NCBI RefSeq assembly: GCF_010672525.1
Contig: NZ_JAAHGH010000039.1
Span: 41-64,040 of the forward strand
Source of the DNA: Okeania sp. SIO2B3
GTDB lineage: Bacteria; Cyanobacteriota; Cyanobacteriia; Cyanobacteriales; Microcoleaceae
Direction: 5' to 3'
DNA: 64,000 nucleotides
The notes beneath the pieces were generated by a model, which was not told the origin of the DNA, made no database searches, and worked only from the letters and a program-made list of their open reading frames with translations. Below, piece by piece: positions 10,234-21,255 of this stretch. Numbering within the stretch: the first letter of the stretch is position 1; each line of letters opens with the position of its first letter. The position numbers and the translations under genes are program-made.

Positions 10234-10539
10234 CTAGGGCTTGCTGATTAATTCTAAAAGTATTGACTGATATTGGTTTTAGCGTTTTAGAGTTGAAAAA
10301 AGTACCAGCTTTGTGGTGGAAAAAGCTCATGCATGCTAGTATTTTGGGACGATTATGGTAGAAAAATTGAGAGACAAAACGCCCGCTCCTACCTCCTCTA
10401 CATTCCCATTTCTCCTGTCTTCCCCTCCCCTCCTGGGAGGGGTTAGGGGTGGGTTGGGAGGGGCCCGCGGGTGGGTTGTCTCCAGTATAGCTGTCTCCTA
10501 CAAAAAGCAAAAAGACTTTCCATACGTAAACCCTAATTA
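10234..10539 (+). mobile_element. MITE family A copy 2
   Basis: CTAGGGCTTGCTGATTAA ... ACGTAAACCCTAATTA. The internal CCCCTCCCCTCCTGGGAGGGGTTAGGGGTGGGTT core is duplicated. It is followed by ATTATCGGGACATGGTATTA, a family-B-like end. Confidence 0.75.
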
Positions 10540-10599
10540 TCGGGACATGGTATTAAGTCTTAGCTAAAATCAACATTAAAATCTATCATTGATGGATGA

Positions 10600-11622
10600 C
10601 TATTCCTGTGCAAAAAATGCTGGATAAACAAAAGCAAAAGCGGTGGAACTAGGAATAGTTGTACCATCGAATTCTTCAACAATCACAGTTTGCATTTGAC
10701 TGTCCCATTTTGCACGAATTTTTCGCCCATTAAATTCTACAATTTTTTCTTTTAGTTGCTTAATTTCTGAGTGTAGAAACTGAGCGCTACTACCTGAGAA
10801 ATAATTTTGAGGTGTTTCTCGGTCTGCTTCCCATACATAACTAATAATAGCCTTGGGATGTTGGTTAATTTGGTCTTGATTTCTGACTGGAAAAATCAAC
10901 ATTTTATCAGTATAGTAGCTGCCATAAGGATAGTTAAAATAGTCACGTTTATAACCTGTTTTTGTAGATAAAATTTTACTATTAGGATGGGCTGCTAACC
11001 AATTTTCCAGGGTGGTTTTAATGGCAGAAATTCTATTTAAGTTACTGTTAACATTCCGACCAAGAATACCAATAGCCCAAGGTTGAGAATAAAGAGTATC
11101 ATTGGAGCGGTTGTACATAACTAAACAACTTTGATAAAGTTTTCCAGAAACTCCATAAGTTGTATTGCCTCGTTCAAATCCGATTATTGTGTCACAAAGA
11201 GGGCAATAAGAGACAGTAATATTCATTCCTCCTACTGTATCATTAACAATTTCATGCCAATTCATAATGCCAAAAGGATAAGCAACAGCTTCACCGTTTA
11301 TTTCTATACCAATTACTGTTTCGTTAGTAGAAAAAGGTGTTGTTGTAGCAGTATCAAATTTGGGATTATCAATAGAGGGAATACCATCTTTTGGCGGTCC
11401 GCCGTTCAAAAGTTCAGCTAAATTAATTCGACTATATTTTTGAGGGTCGAGATTTTGTGCTTGAATATCTTGGAGTTCTCTATCTTGATTATTTAGATAT
11501 TGTGTGAGATGAGAATAGCGTAGTTTAAAGTTATCCCAGCTACCTGCTTGTATGACTATAGAACTTAAACCAAAGCTAGCAAATAAAGCAGTATTGAGAA
11601 TGATTTTAGCTAGTTTTTTCAT
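10600..11622 (-). CDS. DUF3179 domain-containing protein (secreted or membrane-anchored)
   Basis: 340-aa ORF with an N-terminal hydrophobic signal. GGPPKDGIPSIDNPKF and VSYCPLCDT motifs are characteristic of DUF3179. Confidence 0.75.
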   Translation of the reverse strand: MKKLAKIILNTALFASFGLSSIVIQAGSWDNFKLRYSHLTQYLNNQDRELQDIQAQNLDPQKYSRINLAELLNGGPPKDGIPSIDNPKFDTATTTPFSTNETVIGIEINGEAVAYPFGIMNWHEIVNDTVGGMNITVSYCPLCDTIIGFERGNTTYGVSGKLYQSCLVMYNRSNDTLYSQPWAIGILGRNVNSNLNRISAIKTTLENWLAAHPNSKILSTKTGYKRDYFNYPYGSYYTDKMLIFPVRNQDQINQHPKAIISYVWEADRETPQNYFSGSSAQFLHSEIKQLKEKIVEFNGRKIRAKWDSQMQTVIVEEFDGTTIPSSTAFAFVYPAFFAQE

Positions 11623-12525
11623 AATTCAATAAGGAAATAAGAAGGAAGAAGGAAGAAGGAAGAAGTAATACCAGTTTGATAAATCTTTGCTACAAATATT
11701 TAGGTTACTGCTTAGGAGTCAACCCACCCCTCGCCCCTCCCCCTCCCCTAACCCCTCCCAGGAGGGGAGGGGAAGACAGGAGTCAGGAGTCAGAATGAAT
11801 GGATTTGATTCCATTTCTTATCTAGTAATTTATCTTTTTCGTCCAATAGATATTTCCTACAAATTATTTTAATACTGCTTATTATTTGTAACATTCTTTT
11901 TTCACGCTTGGTATAAGAAGTAATATCGTCCGCTTGAATACTTATACTTTGGTGGAAGGAAGACAGAGAGGTTTCTTTCAATTGTGACTTGATTCTATAC
12001 ACAAACGATGCTACTGGACATGATATAATCAGGAAAAAATTTTCCTTCTTCCTTCTTCTTTCTTCCTTCTTCCTTCTGCTATAAAATTACAATATTTTCA
12101 ATTTTAAGAATGGTGTATATACCTTAAATTAAACTGAGTTAAAAATGAAGTTAAGATAAATAATTAGATTGTGTCCATTTGAATACTTATAAATAAATGT
12201 TCAACAATTAATAATTGACAATTACCTCTCCTGAAAATGGATAGGATTCGCGAAAAGTATTTTTTATCTTTATTTCTTCTTCAAAGAAGAGGCTTTAAAC
12301 CTTAATTACTTAGAAATATTCTTTTTTTCAATTGGTATTACACTTTTTGAAAGTCGTTTATCTAATCAAATCGCATCTATCTAGATATGAAAGTAATAGC
12401 TTTATCTAAAAATTTATTTGTTATTTTTGTCTGTTGTCAAATAATATCAAATCCATTTAATTAGCTATACAAACATTCTCCTTCTTCACCATTACCTAAT
12501 CTTTATAACTGTTTTCTATCCTGAG

Positions 12526-12688
12526 ATTATGTCCAGATAATTAGTGATAGAAAACTTTCTCCTTCTCTTCCTCTTTCTTCCCTCCTGACTCGGTCCTTCC
12601 CTTCCCCTCCTGGGAGGGTTAGGGGTGGGTTGACTCCTGACTCCTACCTTCAAAATATTTTATACCGATATTACCGGACTTGATATTA
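12526..12688. mobile_element. MITE family B copy with embedded CCCCTCCTGGGAGGG core, abutting the stop codon of the nSTAND gene
   Basis: GATTATGTCCAGATAATTAGTGATAGAAAACTTTCTCC ... TTACCGGACTTGATATTA. Same layout as the 50844-51006 copy. Confidence 0.6.
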
Positions 12689-14863
12689 CATAATATCTCT
12701 CTCAAATTCAAATTCAGAAATTGATTTTTCTCCTTCCTGTTTCTGTTCTCGAACTAAAGGAATTAAATAATTATGAGCTAATTGATAGCTATCTTCTGGT
12801 AACTCTGGCAGCAATAAAACTAATCCTCGAGCAACTAATACATCTAAAACTAAATCTAGTTTATTGGCTTCCATTAATAATTCTGATGCTAATTCAGCAC
12901 GAGTTTTTAGAGGGCGAGTACCATGTTCATTTGTTAATAAGTATAAAACAGATATTGCTGTTCGTCCGTTCAGAAAACCACAATCTTTTATTGCTCCATC
13001 TACAAAATTTATTGTGAGTTTTTTGATAGGATTATCTCCTAGTTTATGATATGCTTCAAAAGTTGTAATTGCTTCTTCTTGAAGTTCAGTACCTACTACT
13101 TGTAATTCCATCGGACTTACTGTATTATCTGCTGAACTTAAATCTTTTACTACTTGATAAATTAAATCTGGCTCCCAATTTAATTGAGCAGGTTCAATTA
13201 AGTTTTTGATAATTTCTTGACTATGATTTGGCTCAAAATTACTTATGTAGTAAAGAATTTCCTTAGATAAAATTTCATAGTTAATTACTGTTTCTAAGTT
13301 TGTCAGGCGGTCGCATTCTAATAAGTAATGTAAGTAATTTGTTTGGATAGATAAAACTACTTTAACAAAATTTAAGTTTAAACATTCATATAAAAATTGA
13401 TAAAGTGGTAGTCTTTGAGCTGGTTTAGGACAGACAGTAAATAACTCTTCAAACTGGTCTAAAATTAATACTTTTAAATTATTTTTTTGATGGTTTTTAC
13501 GCAATGTTTCTAGTACATATTCTAGATTCCAAGTTGCAGAGTCAGAATTTCTCATCCAATCTGTATAAACTCGCAGTAGTATGGGTGAAATTGCTTGATT
13601 ATCTTCTGAATTTTCTGCGAGTAGAGTAGGTATTAACCCAGAATTAATTAAAGAACTTTTACCCACACCAGAGACACCATGTATAACTATTAGTTTATGA
13701 TCCTGGCTTTTGATTCTTGCCACTAAATTATTCACGTCTTCTAGACGACCAGAAACTTTAATTTCTCTAGGAATTATCGGACTACTATCAGATTTTTGTT
13801 GTGGTTGTAATGGATTTATTCCGATAAAAGCTTTTAATCCATATTGATGCTCAACTCGTAATTGTTCTTCTTTGATTATGGCAGATTTTCCATATTGGTC
13901 TTGGTCAAAATAAAGCTTTTTTAATGCTTTTAATATAGAAATATAAGAGTGTAAATCATGATGGGGGCTTGTTTTTCGTCGCGCTTTTTCTAGTTGATTA
14001 ACAGTAGCTTGCCACTCTTCTAAATTACTTTGAGATTCACTTAAAATTGAGAAATAAGAATTCTGATCTTGTGCAATTTCTAGAGGATTTGCCATAGATT
14101 GATTTTGAATGGCAACTGCTAATTCTGCTAATTGACTAGCATGGTCCCATTTTGACTCGTGCATTGCTGCCTCGGCCAAAAATCCGTAATCTTGAGCAAT
14201 TTGCTCTTCTGTTCCGTAAGTTAAATGTAGTTCTAAAGCGCGTTGAGCAAGCTTGTATAGATGGCTCCATGCTTCTAATTTTTTCAGAACTTCACCTTGC
14301 TGAATGATGAATTTAGCTACTAATTCTTGTCGGTCTATTTGAGCAAATAAATCTAAGCTTTGCTTAAAATTCTTTTGTGCTTGTTGCCAATAATTATTTT
14401 TTTGTTCTACTGAAATGTTTAAATTACCTTGATGCTCATAACATAATCCGATATGAAAAAGGACAGCTCCTATTTTTTCTAATCTTTCATTGATTTGTGG
14501 AGTGACCACTTCCCCGGGTAAAAGTTTTGTACTTTTTTCCCAGATTAATAGGCTATTTTTAAATTTATTTAATGCTTGCTCTATTTGATTTTTAGCATAA
14601 TCCTCTCGACCAAGAATAAAATCTATATTGGCAATTTGTAATTGTGATATTTGCTGTCTTTTATAATTACTAGATAAATGTTCAATTGCTGCTTTTAGTT
14701 GTTGAGTATCTGTTTCATTCAGGATATTTGAATAGCTTTGAAACTGAATAATATGAGAATCTAAAATATTAGAAAAAATTTTACTGGTACAGTCTTCAAT
14801 TACACTAATAGCTGTATCATAAATAAGTTGAGCTATATTATTTTTTTTGTATTTGTCAGTCAT
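12686..14863 (-). CDS. nSTAND1-type P-loop NTPase with a TPR-like helical N-terminal region
   Basis: 725 aa. Walker A is IHGVSGVGKSSLINSGLIPTLL (~nt 13660-13690). Walker B is LKVLILDQFEELF, matching the GxSGxGKSSL / DQFEELF signature of nSTAND1 NTPases. The N-terminal ~380 aa is made of helical repeats (LGREDYAKNQIEQALNKFKNSL, IGLCYEHQGN..., etc.). There is no WD40 or other long C-terminal repeat array. Confidence 0.7.
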   Translation of the reverse strand: MTDKYKKNNIAQLIYDTAISVIEDCTSKIFSNILDSHIIQFQSYSNILNETDTQQLKAAIEHLSSNYKRQQISQLQIANIDFILGREDYAKNQIEQALNKFKNSLLIWEKSTKLLPGEVVTPQINERLEKIGAVLFHIGLCYEHQGNLNISVEQKNNYWQQAQKNFKQSLDLFAQIDRQELVAKFIIQQGEVLKKLEAWSHLYKLAQRALELHLTYGTEEQIAQDYGFLAEAAMHESKWDHASQLAELAVAIQNQSMANPLEIAQDQNSYFSILSESQSNLEEWQATVNQLEKARRKTSPHHDLHSYISILKALKKLYFDQDQYGKSAIIKEEQLRVEHQYGLKAFIGINPLQPQQKSDSSPIIPREIKVSGRLEDVNNLVARIKSQDHKLIVIHGVSGVGKSSLINSGLIPTLLAENSEDNQAISPILLRVYTDWMRNSDSATWNLEYVLETLRKNHQKNNLKVLILDQFEELFTVCPKPAQRLPLYQFLYECLNLNFVKVVLSIQTNYLHYLLECDRLTNLETVINYEILSKEILYYISNFEPNHSQEIIKNLIEPAQLNWEPDLIYQVVKDLSSADNTVSPMELQVVGTELQEEAITTFEAYHKLGDNPIKKLTINFVDGAIKDCGFLNGRTAISVLYLLTNEHGTRPLKTRAELASELLMEANKLDLVLDVLVARGLVLLLPELPEDSYQLAHNYLIPLVREQKQEGEKSISEFEFERDIM

Positions 14864-14977
14864 AGCTAATATTTTTTAATTTTTACTAATAGGCCAGGGA
14901 GTTTAAATTTATATTTTTCAATTATGGGAATTAGTTTTAAATTTAATTCATTCTAACACTTTTCAGAATTATAAGTA

Positions 14978-15128
14978 ATATCATGTCCGTTGGAATAGTT
15001 ACACTTTGGAGAAAGGAAGGCAGAGGGCAGCTATGCTGTTTGCGCAGCATTCCGCACCGAAAGGCAGAAGGGAATATTGGCTCAAGGGTAGAAAGTTTTT
15101 TGTTTGCTGATTATCCGAACATTATATA
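14978..15128. mobile_element. MITE family B copy, inverted relative to 12526-12688
   Basis: AATATCATGTCCGTTGGAATAG ... GAAAGTTTTTTGTTTGCTGATTATCCGAACATTATATA. Confidence 0.55.
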
Positions 15129-15298
15129 AATAGGTAGTCAAGCAAAATTAATTGTATATTTGACGGTTAGCTTAAGTAGGTAGGAAAAAATATTTTTAGA
15201 TTGATTTATTGTGCACAAAAGTATATTTTTTATGCCCTACTCCCTAATGACAAATCTTAAATTAATTTTGCACAGGTACTTATGAAATTTTGTAGAAA

Positions 15299-18200
15299 TC
15301 AAAGGTGAGCTAAGGGTAAAAGTAACTTACTTTCTACTAAACCACTTTCTTGTAAATTTAACTCCAGTTCTCCTCCCATTTGTTGAATTACTCGCCTACA
15401 GATAATTAAATGTTTGCCTGGAGGTGAAACCAAGGGAGAAGGTTCTAATACATCTGGGATAGAAGCAGAGTTAAATTCTGCAATTAATTTTGAGCTAATC
15501 TTACCTGCATCAAGAATAGAAATTTCTAGCCATTCTTCATCTAAAATTTGGCATTTTATATCAATTTTTCCTCCTGTTTGAGAACGACGACAGGCACTAA
15601 TCAAAAGCTCGTAAACAACTAATTCTAACTTAATACTATCTCCATAAATATTCAAATTTCCTTCCCGATGAACTTCTAATTGCAGTTGTCTTTTCTTAAC
15701 TAGGGAATCAATCCGAATTAGCGATCGCCTCAACAAATTAGCTACAGATACAACATCAAAATTTGCTTGTAAACGCCATTTTTCTTGTTTCAATAATGAA
15801 GTAGTAGATGATAAAACATTCCCAATTTGTCGTAATAATTGCTGATAACGTAGATTTGTCAACACATTTTTTTGTTGGGCCGGATTTTCTGATGGAGTAT
15901 AATGCAATTCACTTAACTGTTTAAAACCAGAACCAACAGTACGGTAAAGTTCTTCTAAACGCCTTTGTTTATACCAATTTAACCACTCTAATTCCTCTCG
16001 TTGAGATTCCAAAGTAGTCTTGACTATCAAATAGCGACGAGACCATGCAAACTGAGAAACCAAATTAGTCAATAAATTTTTCAGAGTTTCAGTAGGAGAA
16101 TTTTGTGGTTGTGGCACTTGTGTTTTTTGCCATAAAATTTTGTGAGGGTCTGCAAGTAACAATATACCCGTTGGTTGATGTTCAACAGCAGTACGCAAAG
16201 CAGTTGCTATGACCTGACCGCTATCAAGAATATTGAGCCACCTTAGAGTTTTTGCTGGTACATCACTCACACTCAGATGCAACCAACCATTTGTAGAAAT
16301 TATTTGTTGAATCCAAGAATCAGTGCGAACTGGAATCGAAATTTTCTCAGTGCTAGTAATATGAGACTCAGGATAACTATAGCTCATAACTCTACCTGTT
16401 TGTGATACTGGATACCAGGTAATTAAACCAACTAGGGGAATAGTTTGCAGGTTTATCTCTGCTATTTCCACAATTGCTTGAGCAATAAATTCGAGAAAGT
16501 TTCGTTCGAGATGGTCTAGGGATAAATTTCCTAATACACTCTGTTCTCCAACTGGTTCCAAATTTTTCACTTCTTGCAATAATAAGGAGTTGGAAGGGTC
16601 GATCGATATTTTTGTTGAATTTGCCTGTATTGTAGTTGGTTGTAAAGTAGTTAAACCAGACTGAAGATATTGCATATATTGCTGCTGCTTGTTTATGATC
16701 TGATTAATATGTCTTTGATGCAGGAGAAAACCTAACTGTTGACTGGCAATTTGCACTAATTCTCGTTCATTGCGACTCCAGGTGCGAGGAGTTTCATAAC
16801 CAATAATTACGAGTCCTTCGGGTTGGTTGTATCGATCGCCTTGATTTTTTGTAATAAATTCTTCTTGCTCCTTTTTCCCCGCTCCTATTGTGCTACACAA
16901 GAGAAGAGAACGTACTCCAAGTTTTTCAAAATCTTCCTGCCAAGCACCCAATATATGACTTTCTGACCAATTTTCAATTCCTACTACTTCAGCATTTCGC
17001 TCTAGCAAGGTCATATCTTCTTTACTGAGGGGGGGGAGAGCAGTTTTGACTGTTCGACTTTGGGTAGAATGATTTTGATAAACAACTTCAAACTGCCCTC
17101 CGTTGCGGATAGTCAACATAAAATATTTAGCACCTAAGCGCTGAGATATTTTTTCCGCTGTTGTTTTTAGGGTTTTCTGCCAATCATCATCACCGTAAAT
17201 AGCGCGAGTTATGCCTGCAGTTAAGGTTTGGTCTAGTTTAGCTTGACGAATTTTGTCCTGCATTTCTGAGAGGGGAGAAGTTAAAGCTAGCAGTTGACCT
17301 ACTCCTTGCAAATAGTTTTTTTCATCATCTTGCCATGGACGGTTGTGTTGTTCTTCTACGGCAATAAATCCTAATAATTCGTCTTCTAAGATAATTGGTG
17401 CTGCTAATACAGAAGAAGCTCTGATTTGTCGGGTCAGTCTGCGAGTAATATCATTGTCTACAGAAGTGTAATATTCTCCGATACAGATAATTTGTCCAGT
17501 TAATAGTACATGATAGAATTCACCTAAATCTTGCAGTGTAATACCAGAAACAGGACGTTTAAAGTCACTCCATTCTACTATTACTTGATGATTACTAGCA
17601 CGACGCCAAAAATAGCGTCCATTGGGATAATACCAGTAAATATTTGTGCGAGATGGTTGTAAAAATTGATGAGTTATTTCTGCAACTGTTTCGAGGCGTT
17701 GATCTAGGGTTGTTAATTTTCCTAATTGAGATAGTAATGAGAGTATTGGTTCATCAGGTCGTTTTGCTTGTTGCTGTTGCCATTCTTTTTCTATTTTTTG
17801 TAATGTTTGCCCTAGTTCACCCCAAATTAAAGATAGTAGTGCTTTTTCTTCGGACTCTAAAGAGGTTCCCCACTCTTGTGAACCTATTAAGGCAATACCA
17901 AAACATTTTTCTTTGTAATGTATAGGAAAAAAAATGGTACCTTTAATCTGATATGTTTGTGCTATTTTTACCCATTCCCCAACTTGCTTTTCCGCCCTTA
18001 AGTCAGCAACTTTAATTGCTTTTATTTCCATTAATACTTGTTCTAATATATCGCCATGACTTATTGTAAATTTTTGTTTGAGAGCAGAAATTTCACCATT
18101 GGGAGTAATTCCACCTTTGCCTACTATTTTATTTGCTAATCGATCGTACAGGCATACCCAAATCAAACAACAATCAAATTCTGACTGAAGATAATTTATG

Positions 18201-18310
18201 ACTTTTTTGATGAGGAAATCTAAATCTTCTTCTTCTCTAATTGCTCTAATTATGCTTTCTAAAGCAATCAAATTATTATGATTTTTTTTTGATTTATTTT
18301 TTTTGAACAT
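15299..18310 (-). CDS. Multi-GAF-domain sensor protein with a degenerate histidine-kinase-like C-terminus
   Basis: 1003 aa with several GAF-like blocks. The C-terminal HATPase-like region reads ...IYGDSIKLELVVYELLISACRR..., ISILDAGKI, PGKHLIICRRVIQQMGGELEL. Where the H-box is expected the sequence reads ELEWLNWYKQRRLEELY, with no His. Confidence 0.7.
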   Translation of the reverse strand: MFKKNKSKKNHNNLIALESIIRAIREEEDLDFLIKKVINYLQSEFDCCLIWVCLYDRLANKIVGKGGITPNGEISALKQKFTISHGDILEQVLMEIKAIKVADLRAEKQVGEWVKIAQTYQIKGTIFFPIHYKEKCFGIALIGSQEWGTSLESEEKALLSLIWGELGQTLQKIEKEWQQQQAKRPDEPILSLLSQLGKLTTLDQRLETVAEITHQFLQPSRTNIYWYYPNGRYFWRRASNHQVIVEWSDFKRPVSGITLQDLGEFYHVLLTGQIICIGEYYTSVDNDITRRLTRQIRASSVLAAPIILEDELLGFIAVEEQHNRPWQDDEKNYLQGVGQLLALTSPLSEMQDKIRQAKLDQTLTAGITRAIYGDDDWQKTLKTTAEKISQRLGAKYFMLTIRNGGQFEVVYQNHSTQSRTVKTALPPLSKEDMTLLERNAEVVGIENWSESHILGAWQEDFEKLGVRSLLLCSTIGAGKKEQEEFITKNQGDRYNQPEGLVIIGYETPRTWSRNERELVQIASQQLGFLLHQRHINQIINKQQQYMQYLQSGLTTLQPTTIQANSTKISIDPSNSLLLQEVKNLEPVGEQSVLGNLSLDHLERNFLEFIAQAIVEIAEINLQTIPLVGLITWYPVSQTGRVMSYSYPESHITSTEKISIPVRTDSWIQQIISTNGWLHLSVSDVPAKTLRWLNILDSGQVIATALRTAVEHQPTGILLLADPHKILWQKTQVPQPQNSPTETLKNLLTNLVSQFAWSRRYLIVKTTLESQREELEWLNWYKQRRLEELYRTVGSGFKQLSELHYTPSENPAQQKNVLTNLRYQQLLRQIGNVLSSTTSLLKQEKWRLQANFDVVSVANLLRRSLIRIDSLVKKRQLQLEVHREGNLNIYGDSIKLELVVYELLISACRRSQTGGKIDIKCQILDEEWLEISILDAGKISSKLIAEFNSASIPDVLEPSPLVSPPGKHLIICRRVIQQMGGELELNLQESGLVESKLLLPLAHL

Positions 18311-18813
18311 CGATAAATTATCCTCATTATTTAATAGTTATTTTGAGAAGAGAAGAAATAGATTATAGTATGTCAGCTTAATTAGTTAGAGGTCAAAAAC
18401 TTTCTCTTCCTATGGTCTATTGTCTGATTTATGCTCTCATAACCCATATTCGGCATTCCCTATTACTGTTCATTTATAAGTATTCAACTAGACATAATAT
18501 TATCAATATTTTTTACTCATAGGTATTAATTTTTATCCGCTAAATCTAGTAAATATGGCTTAATATCAACTTTAGATAAGCCGTGATCAATAAAATATCT
18601 TGCTTTTGGTGGTGAGAAACAAAAATTGTCTAAAATTTTCCTGTTGAGACGAGTGCATATCTCTACGTCTTATTGATCAATAATATTCAACTTCACTCGA
18701 TCTAAATGATATATTAACGATCAATAATTAATTAGTGTGCTTTGATTAAAAAGAGTCTTGTCATCTCAAGATTATACTTTATAAAAATTTGAGTTTTCAT
18801 TTTTAGTTTTTAA

Positions 18814-20016
18814 TTGTCAACTACTATTTACAATCAAGTGTTAAATATTTATCCTTCTGTCATACTTCCGACTCTATTTTCTGTATTAAAATCCGATCCA
18901 GAATGGGTACATCATCAAGCCCTAAATATTCTCAGTTTTATGGATACTAACTCCTCCAGTAAACTAATAAGTGGGTTGCAGACAATGATGCAAAAATCTT
19001 TATGTTTTGAGGATATTCGCCTAGAACAAACTTTATGGGGATTAAACTTTAAAAATCCCGTGGGTTTAGCTGCAGGATTTGATAAAGATGGTGTGGCCAT
19101 TAATGCCTGGCCTCAATTAGGTTTTGGGTTTGCTGAACTTGGTACAGTTACTCTTCATCAACAACCGGGAAATCCTCAACCAAGATTGTTTCGTTTGCCA
19201 ATGGATCGAGCTGCTTTGAATAGAATGGGATTTAATAATCAAGGTGCTGCTGCTTTAGCTATGAGATTACAATCTCAAGGAAAAAATATTCCAGAGGCTC
19301 TCAGATTACAGGAGAATAATTATTCTTTTTATCCGAATTTTTTTCCTTATGGTATAAATATTGGTAAATCCAAGATAACATCTTTAGAGGCAGCAGCAAC
19401 AGATTATTTAGGTAGTTTTAGATTGTTAAAAGATTGGGGTGATTATTTTGTAGTTAATGTTTCTTCTCCTAATACTCCAGGGTTACGTTCCCTGCAAAAT
19501 GCCGATAATTTAAGTAAAATCTTAGCAGATTTACAAGCCGAAAATCAAGGAATCAAGCCAATTTTAATTAAGATTGCACCAGATTTAGAAAAGGAAGCGA
19601 TCGCCTCAATACTAGACCTAATTAAAGCATATCAAATATCTGGTATAATTGCCACTAATACAACTATTAGTCGTGAGGGATTAAAAACTAAAATTCTTGC
19701 AGCAACAGGTAAAGCTGTAACTGAAGAAGCAGGTGGAATTAGTGGCGCACCATTAACCCAAAGATCGACAGAAATAATTAAATTCATCTGGCAAGAAACA
19801 GAGGGAAAATTACCAATAATTGGTGTAGGTGGTATATTTACTGCGGAAGATGCGTGGAATAAAATTACCGCGGGGGCAAGTCTAATTCAAGTTTATACAG
19901 GATGGGTATATCAAGGACCGGGAATGGTCAAACAAATTCTTCAGGGACTACTACAAAAGTTAGATGAAGAGGGATTAAATTCTATTTCTGAAGCTGTTGG
20001 TTTAGCAAATAAATAG
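18814..20016 (+). CDS. pyrD: Dihydroorotate dehydrogenase (quinone), class 2
   Basis: Motifs [43 protein letters not shown] and IIGVGGI. The track uses a TTG start, so the exact start is uncertain. Confidence 0.9.
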   Translation: MSTTIYNQVLNIYPSVILPTLFSVLKSDPEWVHHQALNILSFMDTNSSSKLISGLQTMMQKSLCFEDIRLEQTLWGLNFKNPVGLAAGFDKDGVAINAWPQLGFGFAELGTVTLHQQPGNPQPRLFRLPMDRAALNRMGFNNQGAAALAMRLQSQGKNIPEALRLQENNYSFYPNFFPYGINIGKSKITSLEAAATDYLGSFRLLKDWGDYFVVNVSSPNTPGLRSLQNADNLSKILADLQAENQGIKPILIKIAPDLEKEAIASILDLIKAYQISGIIATNTTISREGLKTKILAATGKAVTEEAGGISGAPLTQRSTEIIKFIWQETEGKLPIIGVGGIFTAEDAWNKITAGASLIQVYTGWVYQGPGMVKQILQGLLQKLDEEGLNSISEAVGLANK

Positions 20017-20218
20017 GTTCTAAGCATTTTCGTTCCGGAATGCTGCGCAAACAGCTATTAGCTGTCAGCTCAAGCACAATAAGACCTCACTTTTGTAGTA
20101 AGATTTAACTCTGGCTCAATAAAGCTTTTATCTAATACCAAAAGCCATCGCTGAAGTCCGCAGTTCCTCTGCAGGAGACTAGCTAACGGCTAAGTGCTTA
20201 CGAAAGTATTTCTTTTTT

Positions 20219-20484
20219 AATTATGGCTTGCTGATTAATTATCAAACCATTTACAGGTAAAGCTTTGATCCTTCTTGTCTTCCCAAAAAGTGTGCTTGTT
20301 TTAGTCTAAAACCCTCAAAAAGTTAGCATAAAAGGCAAACCTTCGGACAGAAAAATTGAGGTACAAAACGCCCGCTCCTACCTCCTATAAATTCCCTATT
20401 TCTCCTGACTCGGTCCTTCCCCTCCCAGGAGGGGAGGGGTTAGGGATGGGTTGACTCATACTTTCCATACGCAAACCCTAATTA
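20219..20484 (+). mobile_element. MITE family A copy 3, ending a few nt before the SanA-like ORF
   Basis: AATTATGGCTTGCTGATTAATT ... ACGCAAACCCTAATTA. The internal segment AAAACGCCCGCTCCTACCTCCT is shared with copies 2, 4 and 7. Confidence 0.75.
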
Positions 20485-20488
20485 ATTA

Positions 20489-21154
20489 TTGCCTATGTTA
20501 CCTAAATTATTGTTACTCAATCAACGCTTAGTTATGTGGTTATTAGTATTAACAATACTATTAATTCCTCTGGCTTTAAACTTTTACATCAAAGTAGCTA
20601 CAAGCAAATATCGCTACAAAAATCCAGAAGAAGTGCCAGCTAAACCTATTGCCATAGTTTTTGGGGCAGGAGTTTGGGAAGATGGTACCCCCACACCAAT
20701 GTTAGCTGACCGAGTACAAGGAGCGGTTAATTTATACAACATTGGTAGTATTAAAAAAATTTTGATGACTGGTGACAATAGCACCCCTGATTATAATGAG
20801 GTAAAAGCTATGGAAGAATATGCTATTAATCATGGTGTATCTGTTGAAGATATTACTCTAGATTATGCTGGTTTTAGCACTTATGAAAGTTGTTATCGGG
20901 CAAAAGAAATATTTGGTATTACCCAAGCAGTTTTAGTAACTCAAAACTATCATTTACCTCGTGCAGTTTATACCTGTCGTCAACTAGGAGTAGATGCTCT
21001 AGGTTTAGGTACACCAGATTGGGGAAAATTTAGAAATGATTCTATGAGACGTTATTCTATCCGTGAATTTTTGGCAGTCTTAAAAGCATTGTTGGAAGTT
21101 CATATTACTCGTCCTAAACCAACTTTTTTAGGACCTTTTGAGGGAATTAGTTAA
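20489..21154 (+). CDS. SanA/YdcF (DUF218) family protein
   Basis: 221 aa. It has an N-terminal TM helix, then IAIVFGAGVWEDGTPTPMLADRV, KILMTGDNSTPDYNE and LVTQNYHLPRAVY, typical of SanA-like DUF218 proteins. The likely ATG is at 20495. Confidence 0.7.
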   Translation: MPMLPKLLLLNQRLVMWLLVLTILLIPLALNFYIKVATSKYRYKNPEEVPAKPIAIVFGAGVWEDGTPTPMLADRVQGAVNLYNIGSIKKILMTGDNSTPDYNEVKAMEEYAINHGVSVEDITLDYAGFSTYESCYRAKEIFGITQAVLVTQNYHLPRAVYTCRQLGVDALGLGTPDWGKFRNDSMRRYSIREFLAVLKALLEVHITRPKPTFLGPFEGIS

Positions 21155-21255
21155 TTAATGGGAAAGGCAGAAATAAACAATTAATAATTAATAATTAATA
21201 ATTAACAATTACCTCTTCTGTATTGATTTTTTGATGATTTTTAATAGGAGGAAAA

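Noticed and set aside
9439-10567. ORFs 9439-9660, 9722-10015, 10208-10510 and 10355-10567
   Set aside because: Each is composed almost entirely of MITE-A or MITE-B sequence, including the GGGAGGGG core and the (GCTTCTT)7 array. Similar repeat-derived ORFs are 11687-11872, 22977-23204, 33335-33598, 54475-54720, 56964-57379 and 59418-59615.
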